Shown: piece after piece, positions 50,714-55,458 of the stretch
How the letters are laid out: every line of letters begins with the position of its first letter
Position numbering within the stretch: position 1 is the stretch's first letter
From: Clostridia bacterium
Lineage (GTDB): Bacteria > Bacillota > Clostridia > Oscillospirales > CAG-272
Length of the DNA stretch: 59,946 bases
Assembly (NCBI GenBank): GCA_017467165.1
Contig: JAFTST010000033.1
Span: forward strand, 1 to 59,946
Reading direction: 5' to 3'
Made by a program: the position numbers and the translations under genes
Notes under the pieces: model-generated
What the model was told of the DNA's origin: nothing
What the model saw: only the letters and a program-made list of their open reading frames with translations
Database searches by the model: none

Positions 50714-50719
50714 GTCCCT

Positions 50720-50811
50720 GTAGATGATTCTCGCTGCCGCATCCTTATGCGGAAGTGTCGCCTCGGCGACCGTGACGAAAGGGCAAGATTTTGCCAAATC
50801 ATCTACTTTTT
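50720..50811 (+). ncRNA. Candidate structured sRNA 3 (cloverleaf-like)
   Basis: GTAGATGATT/AATCATCTAC closing stem encloses ccgcat/atgcgg, gtcgcc/ggcgac and ggcaa/ttgcc hairpins; T-run. Confidence 0.7.
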
Positions 50812-51015
50812 CTTTTTCTTACCAGCCTTAAGTTTTTTCAATATTGCCATATCATCCTTATGTATACGATATTTTTCATCTGGTAGCTGGTACTCTGATT
50901 TGGGTCTCGGTTCCCGAAAAGGAACAGCGTAGGTTTTACGGCGATTCTCGTCCGGATCAACGTTATGCTTGAGAGGAACGTTTTCTTCACCACGCGTCGT
51001 TTTACTCGAGGTGAA
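50803..51015 (-). pseudogene. 5'-truncated basic PemK-like protein T3 (not in the ORF track)
   Basis: FTSSKTTRGEENVPLKHNVDPDENRRKTYAVPF...KYRIHKDDMAILKKLKAGKKKKK*; upstream in-frame TGA at 51034-36; no start codon. Confidence 0.65.
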
Positions 51016-51038
51016 ATGTATGGAAAGGTGGATTCATT

Positions 51039-51167
51039 TTGAAGGGCAAAGCCTTAAAAACCATCGACGTTGTCTGCGTCGTTCTTGAGCTTATCTTCGA
51101 AATTGTTTTACTACCCGCCAAAGTCGTTAAAGCAATTTTGAATATAATAAGCATAACCACAAAATAA
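51039..51167 (+). CDS. 42-aa hydrophobic peptide
   Basis: GAAAGGTGG SD, TTG start, MKGKALKTIDVVCVVLELIFEIVLLPAKVVKAILNIISITTK*, ending just before repeat 3. Confidence 0.5.
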   Translation: MKGKALKTIDVVCVVLELIFEIVLLPAKVVKAILNIISITTK

Positions 51168-51171
51168 ATTT

Positions 51172-51209
51172 GCAAGAGTAACCGTCCGCCCTGGCGGTTG
51201 TTTTTTTAT
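51172..51209 (+). repeat. Array repeat copy 3
   Basis: gcaagagtaaccgtccgccctggcggttgtttttttat. Confidence 0.95.
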
Positions 51210-51217
51210 GTAGGGGG

Positions 51218-51245
51218 TTGACTTTTGCTGAAATTATGATATAAT
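51218..51245 (+). promoter_or_regulatory. sigmaA promoter of array RNA 4
   Basis: TTGACT-16 nt-TATAAT with extended TG. Confidence 0.85.
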
Positions 51246-51250
51246 AAGTA

Positions 51251-51322
51251 CAGAATTCAAGCGCAGGCCGTTTAATAAACGGAAATCGGGAGGAGACTCC
51301 AAAATTGCTTGGATTCTTTTTT
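51251..51322 (+). ncRNA. Candidate structured sRNA 4 (closing-stem class)
   Basis: AGAATTCAAGC (51252-62) pairs with GCTTGGATTCT (51307-17); inner ccgttt/aaacgg and ggag-GAGA-ctcc hairpins; T-run. Confidence 0.65.
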
Positions 51323-51671
51323 ACTTGTTAGACTTTTCATAATGCTTGTTAAATTTATGTCTTTTCTTACGGTCCGCATTGCTCATACGCCATACGCCCT
51401 TCGGCTTATCCTTCAAATAAGAATTTAATTCCCAAACAGGAACACTAAAACGTGATTCTCTTTTTGATGATTTAGACGGGTTTGGATTATGGCGTAATTT
51501 TTCGGTAGGCTGTCCATAAAACTCTTTAGAATGAGTTATTATGTTTATTTTTGACCTCTTTTTATGACGTACAGTTACATAAGCAATATGACCTTCACCC
51601 CGAGGATTCACCACCTCGAGATTTTTATTGTACCTAAATTCGTTTTTTCGTAAATATTTGTTTTTAGAGAT
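51321..51671 (-). CDS. Small basic PemK/MazF/ToxN-like protein T4 (probable ATC start)
   Basis: EFRY...GEGHIAYV...IITHSKEFYG...KLRHNPNP...ESRF; AGGAGGTG SD 6 nt before ATC. Confidence 0.6.
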   Translation of the reverse strand: MSKNKYLRKNEFRYNKNLEVVNPRGEGHIAYVTVRHKKRSKINIITHSKEFYGQPTEKLRHNPNPSKSSKRESRFSVPVWELNSYLKDKPKGVWRMSNADRKKRHKFNKHYEKSNK

Positions 51672-51676
51672 TTTTC

Positions 51677-51802
51677 TCACCTCCTATAAGTGTATTTGCA
51701 TATCTCCTTGAAACTCGATTTAAAGGCTCCCATAATGCAGCTTGTTTCGACCTCAAGCTCCACGTTGCTGTTATCCAAATCAATGATTGTTACTTTGTAC
51801 AT
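51677..51802 (-). CDS. 41-aa leader ORF upstream of T4
   Basis: MYKVTIIDLDNSNVELEVETSCIMGAFKSSFKEICKYTYRR*; its TGA overlaps the SD of T4. Confidence 0.4.
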   Translation of the reverse strand: MYKVTIIDLDNSNVELEVETSCIMGAFKSSFKEICKYTYRR

Positions 51803-51832
51803 TTTTCTTTTTCCTTTTTTTAAGATAAATTT

Positions 51833-51869
51833 GCAAGAGTAACCGCCCGCCCGGGAGGTTATTTTTTAT
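51833..51869 (+). repeat. Array repeat copy 4
   Basis: gcaagagtaaccgcccgcccgggaggttattttttat. Confidence 0.95.
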
Positions 51870-51879
51870 GTAGAGGGTA

Positions 51880-51908
51880 TTGACAACGCACCTGCGTTGT
51901 GCTATAAT
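51880..51908 (+). promoter_or_regulatory. sigmaA promoter of array RNA 5 with a palindrome across the spacer
   Basis: TTGACA-17 nt-TATAAT with extended TG; acaacgca-cc-tgcgttgt inverted repeat at 51883-51900. Confidence 0.85.
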
Positions 51909-51913
51909 TACGG

Positions 51914-51987
51914 ACGTAACGATCGCTTCTTTTGAAGCTGGCTGATGCTTTCGCAAGAAAGACGTTTGGCACGGTCGTTACTTTTTT
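51914..51987 (+). ncRNA. Candidate structured sRNA 5 (closing-stem class)
   Basis: GTAACGATCG (51916-25) pairs with CGGTCGTTAC (51972-81); inner gcttc/gaagc and ctttc-GCAA-gaaag hairpins; T6. Confidence 0.7.
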
Positions 51988-52295
51988 CTTTTATTAAGAT
52001 ATTTTTGCTTCGCACGTTCTCCGTACATTTTTGCTTGAGCGTAATCCTTTTCGGTCATTTTTGCACTGCGTGGACTATCGTAATTTTTCATTGAATCGAC
52101 GGTGCCTTGCCTACGTAAGAATGACGTCTTCCCGTTACCGAGAACGTCCGTTTCGCACTTATAGTTAGTTGAATTGCGCCCTTTTTTCGGCTGCGAAGTC
52201 AACCCCACGGAAACGTGCTTATCCTCGATATCATCAAGGATAAGGTGCTGATGCCCTCCCTTCTTGTCAGGATGCCTTTTCAATATAACCGGCAC
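51978..52295 (-). CDS. Small basic PemK/MazF/ToxN-like protein T5 (start uncertain)
   Basis: GGHQHLILDD...VSVGLTSQPKKG...N...TSFLRRQG; frame open to 52355 but no clear SD. Confidence 0.6.
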   Translation of the reverse strand: MPVILKRHPDKKGGHQHLILDDIEDKHVSVGLTSQPKKGRNSTNYKCETDVLGNGKTSFLRRQGTVDSMKNYDSPRSAKMTEKDYAQAKMYGERAKQKYLNKRKK

Positions 52296-52345
52296 AAGCT
52301 TCTGACGAACGTGTTTTCCGGTTTGTTTAATTGACTTGTTTCTTT

Positions 52346-52513
52346 TTACCGTTTTTCAGCTCTGCTCAGCCTCTTACCGCGAAAGCTCTGCGCAGTGAAA
52401 ACATCCTTATGGTAATTTTCTTTAGCAGAAGCTTGAGCGCCGCCGCGGTCGTTCCAATAGTAAGCCAAATTCTAATGGGCCAACTGGGACTTTTCAAATT
52501 TTGTTTTTGCCAT
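52346..52513 (-). pseudogene. Small basic ORF with an internal TAG
   Basis: AAGGAG SD, then MAKTKFEKSQLAH*NLAYYWNDRGGAQASAKENYHKDVFTAQSFRGKRLSRAEKR*. Confidence 0.45.
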
Positions 52514-52581
52514 TTTTTATATCTCCTTATTGATTTTTTGATTTTTGAGTGTTATACTGAAAGAAAAATGAGAGGTGGGTT

Positions 52582-52743
52582 ATGAGATTGTACGCATTGC
52601 TATCAAGAGTAAGTCCAGATGATATATCTGACATTTCCGGAGGCGGTATCAATTTTTCAACTACCGAATTTATAATTGGTTTGCTATTAGGCATAATAGG
52701 AACTTTACTTATCATGTATGCAATAAAAATCACAAAGAATTAA
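52582..52743 (+). CDS. 53-aa single-TM peptide (not in the ORF track)
   Basis: GAGGTG SD; MRLYALLSRVSPDDISDISGGGINFSTTEFIIGLLLGIIGTLLIMYAIKITKN*; promoter TTGATT-17-TATACT at 52530-52558. Confidence 0.6.
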   Translation: MRLYALLSRVSPDDISDISGGGINFSTTEFIIGLLLGIIGTLLIMYAIKITKN

Positions 52744-52761
52744 AAATAAAAAAGGTGAGAT

Positions 52762-52950
52762 ATGATTCAATATTTTAAGTTATTTAACGCAATAGATACA
52801 CCAACTGATACATTTACAGGGAATTCTGCGCAAATTGAAATAAACCAAGGTATGCATCTACCAAGCTTATTCATAGGAATAATAATTGGAATAGGAATAG
52901 CATCGGTTATTTGGTTAATTATTGTTTTACTTAGAAATAAAAAATCTTAA
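52762..52950 (+). CDS. 62-aa single-TM peptide
   Basis: AAGGTGA SD; polar/acidic N-terminus, LFIGIIIGIGIASVIWLIIVLL TM, basic tail RNKKS. Confidence 0.65.
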   Translation: MIQYFKLFNAIDTPTDTFTGNSAQIEINQGMHLPSLFIGIIIGIGIASVIWLIIVLLRNKKS

Positions 52951-52983
52951 GAGCGAACAATCAGCTTACTACAAAGTAATTTT

Positions 52984-53020
52984 GCAAGAGTAACCGTCCA
53001 CCCGGGCGGTTATTTTTTAT
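52984..53020 (+). repeat. Array repeat copy 5
   Basis: gcaagagtaaccgtccacccgggcggttattttttat. Confidence 0.95.
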
Positions 53021-53028
53021 CTAAGGGG

Positions 53029-53056
53029 TTGACTTTTTAGAAAACTATAGTATAAT
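53029..53056 (+). promoter_or_regulatory. sigmaA promoter of array RNA 6
   Basis: TTGACT-16 nt-TATAAT. Confidence 0.8.
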
Positions 53057-53060
53057 AATA

Positions 53061-53134
53061 GCGTCATCTTGTTTGACACCAGGTACAATAGTATCTGAAG
53101 CGGGAACCGTGATATGTGGTTGCCCGCATTTTTT
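53061..53134 (+). ncRNA. Candidate structured sRNA 6 (three-hairpin class, related to RNA 2)
   Basis: gtca...tgac; caggtac/gtatctg; gcgggaacc...ggttgcccgc hairpin followed by T6. Confidence 0.65.
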
Positions 53135-53237
53135 ATTTGTATTTTGATGGAATAATTTTACGCATATCCCATTTATTCAAACGTGTTCTTGTTTTTTTCA
53201 AGAAGCGCTCTTGAATGGGATCACCGGTGCGAGAGCC
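53133..53237 (-). pseudogene. C-terminal remnant T6, homologous to T2
   Basis: GSRTGDPIQERFLKKTRTRLNKWDMRKIIPSKYK* versus T2 TLKGKPIQERYLVKTKTRLNKWDQKK; in-frame TAA immediately upstream. Confidence 0.7.
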
Positions 53238-53308
53238 TTACAACCGTGACAATTCCCGATCGCATCACTCTCATTGGCGGCGGAATAACTGAAGTCAACT
53301 TATATTAA
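53228..53308 (+). pseudogene. Single BspA-type LRR remnant
   Basis: CESLTTVTIPDRITLIG matches the C.SL..ITIP..V..IG repeat consensus. Confidence 0.45.
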
Positions 53309-53483
53309 CCGTTTTTGTCATCGAGGTTGATTATCCGGTTAATATCGCGAGTAATTTATCCCTAATAAAACAAAGCGCCCGTCGTATCGGGCGAAACCAA
53401 ACAAAAAAGAGCGGAGGTACTGATGACACAGCCTCCGCTCAATATTTCACTGAAAATAATAGTTTTATCTTGTAGCAAGGGGT

Positions 53484-54434
53484 CTATTCCACAGGGGCGC
53501 CTTCCTCTGCGCTCTCTTCTTCCCTTTCTTCCTCGTCAATCTCCTCGGTGACAACAGAGCCCTTTTTTGAAAGGCTCGCTACTCGCGTGCGAAGCCAAGC
53601 AATACCCCACTTCGCATCGCCGATAAAGTTTTTACCGTCGAAAATCATAGAAACGAGAAAAGAAAGAGGGGTTACGAGAATAAATACCGGGAATATCATC
53701 CAGAACCACGGCCAATATTTCTGCTGACCCGCATATTGTCCGACGGGTATTGTTTTAAAGAAATCGGGGCAAAACAGCGCTAAGAAATTTCCTATCGGCT
53801 CGTTGTTGCCGGGGCCCCAGATATACGAGGAGTTCTTGAAATTAATGTCGAACATATCGCCATCTCTCACGGGAATAAAGCCCAGCTCGCTCTGGAACAG
53901 CTGATTCAGCATAATGAACAGCATCACAAGCAAAAGTCCCACGGGCGCTGAGAAAACGCGCTTGTACGAGGGTCTGTGATGGCCGAGTATAGCGGAAAGA
54001 AGCGGAACTGCCATAAGCATCCAGTGGTGATAATAGAAGCGCACGATGTCCCAGAATTCAGCAAGCTGATTAGTCTTTGCAAGCGGCTCCTCGGGATAAA
54101 CCAAGGCGATAAATCCGCTGAGAACGCCTATAAAGAACATATAATCCCTGACCTTCTTGTTCTTTGAGAAAAAGAAAAACGGGAAAAGCGCTATATTCGC
54201 TCCGCAGATATTAACGAACCAGGAGTCGCGGAGCATTCGCGCCTCGTCAACCGAATACGGCGGAATGTAAACCTTTAAAAAATGGAGCAGAAGACCAAAG
54301 GCAAGCAAAGAAAACAAAACCCCTCTTTGTACCTTATAGCTCGCTCTCCTTAATGCGAAATACAAGCCAACGATAGCTCCCGCCGACAGCGCCAGCCAGA
54401 GAAAATACCAACCGTTGAACATCTCAATAACCAT
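53484..54434 (-). CDS. Integral membrane protein (YwaF/TMEM164-like)
   Basis: About 8 TM segments; NICG.NI, ALVYP, RFYYHH; AGGAGG SD. Confidence 0.75.
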   Translation of the reverse strand: MVIEMFNGWYFLWLALSAGAIVGLYFALRRASYKVQRGVLFSLLAFGLLLHFLKVYIPPYSVDEARMLRDSWFVNICGANIALFPFFFFSKNKKVRDYMFFIGVLSGFIALVYPEEPLAKTNQLAEFWDIVRFYYHHWMLMAVPLLSAILGHHRPSYKRVFSAPVGLLLVMLFIMLNQLFQSELGFIPVRDGDMFDINFKNSSYIWGPGNNEPIGNFLALFCPDFFKTIPVGQYAGQQKYWPWFWMIFPVFILVTPLSFLVSMIFDGKNFIGDAKWGIAWLRTRVASLSKKGSVVTEEIDEEEREEESAEEGAPVE

Positions 54435-54752
54435 AAATACCTCCTAAATGCCTTGATGTCAACAACCTTGTGTCAATTCAGAGCGGCTGAAAAATCTCGA
54501 AGCTCCACTCTGCATAAAGTTTAGCACAGTATTTTTTCATTTCAATAGAATTTAACATTGTTTAATATCCTAAATATTATTAAATGACAGGCATTTCGAC
54601 AATGTGAGCGGAAGATTAAGCCTAAAACGACGGTTTTCCGCAAGAAAAAGCGATAAAAATGGACAAAAAGCGATAAAAAAGCGATAATAAAGGAATAAAA
54701 AAGAGATAATAAAAAGAAAAACGGAAAATTTGAAAAAAATTTATTTTACCTA

Positions 54753-54781
54753 TTGACAAACCCACTTTTTTGTTGTATAAT
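54753..54781 (+). promoter_or_regulatory. Consensus sigmaA promoter of tRNA-Glu
   Basis: TTGACA-17 nt-TATAAT with A-tract-rich upstream region. Confidence 0.85.
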
Positions 54782-54800
54782 AAGCGAGCGAAACAAGCAC

Positions 54801-54875
54801 GGCTCGTTGGTCAAGCGGCTAAGACACGGCCCTCTCAAGGCTGAAACGGGAGTTCGATTCTCCCACGAGTCACCA
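54801..54875 (+). tRNA. tRNA-Glu (anticodon CTC)
   Basis: GGCTCGT acceptor stem pairs with ACGAGTC; TGGTCAAGCGG D-arm; cggcc-CTCTCAA-ggctg anticodon arm; GTTCGA T-loop; encoded CCA. Confidence 0.95.
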
Positions 54876-55039
54876 AAGAAAACAGGACACCATTCGGTGT
54901 CCTGTTTTTCTTTCCTTTGGGTGACCCGTGTGGAGAATCGCTTCGCGCCGCAGTGCGAAGCCTAAGGCGCGGAGTTCGAGTCACTGCCTCGTCGCTTCAC
55001 TGTGGGAAGCCTTGCAAGACGAGGCAGATTCTCCCACGC

Positions 55040-55086
55040 AACAGGACACCAAATGGTGTCCTGTTTTTCTTTCCTTTGGGTAACTC
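55040..55086 (+). repeat. Third copy of the post-tRNA hairpin
   Basis: aacaggacacc-aaat-ggtgtcctgtt-tttctttcctttgggt, preceded by the tRNA fragment gattctcccacg (55027-38). Confidence 0.85.
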
Positions 55087-55216
55087 ATCTTGTATCAAGA
55101 CAATCACACGCCACGGTGCCAAAACTAATTTTTGCTCTTAAAGATTTTTTATTAGAAGTTCTTTGTATTTTTCCAAAAGTCTTGTAATTTTGTCTTTTCT
55201 GTGGTATAATAAATAT

Positions 55217-55375
55217 GCCTAACAAAACTGAATATTTTATTTTTGCGGTATTTTCTCTCTATGGGATATTTATACCCTTTTTTAGCCATAATCATTTTTA
55301 GAATTTGGTAAAAGCGCGAATTCCACTAAATGATTATGGTGAGATATACCAAAAATTTATTTAGTTTTGTTAGGC
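55217..55375 (+). ncRNA. Candidate long structured leader RNA
   Basis: Nested inverted repeats gcctaacaaaact/agttttgttaggc and ccataatcattt/aaatgattatgg directly after promoter TTGTAA-17-TATAAT (55182-55210). Confidence 0.5.
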
Positions 55376-55458
55376 GACAATCGGGGTTTGCGTTTTTCGG
55401 AGCGTTGACTACGGTTGACTCTCTTTTTATTTATATTTAACTTTTGGAGGTAAATAAA

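Larger units (their letters stand above)
49323..53240. mobile_element. AT-rich tandem array of decayed element ends / sRNA-toxin-like cassettes
   Basis: Five copies of a ~38 bp repeat, six promoter-RNA-convergent ORF modules, several fused or truncated genes; no integrase in the window. Confidence 0.7.

Noticed and set aside
50720-50811. tRNA or tmRNA gene
   Set aside because: No GTTCRA T-loop, no 7-nt anticodon loop and no CCA end; reported instead as a candidate sRNA
49323-53020. CRISPR array interpretation of the five ~38 bp repeats
   Set aside because: Spacing is 600-1200 bp and irregular, the intervening DNA contains promoters and ORFs, and no cas genes are present
49323-53020. Classical integron attC cassette array (TAAC...GTT ends)
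   Set aside because: The hairpin is only ~20 bp, far shorter than attC sites, lacks the L-box/extrahelical-base structure, and no intI is in the window; retained only as an analogy
54640-54745. Repeated aaaaagcgataa units upstream of the tRNA promoter
   Set aside because: Short, low-complexity A-tracts consistent with an UP element or bent DNA of a stable-RNA promoter
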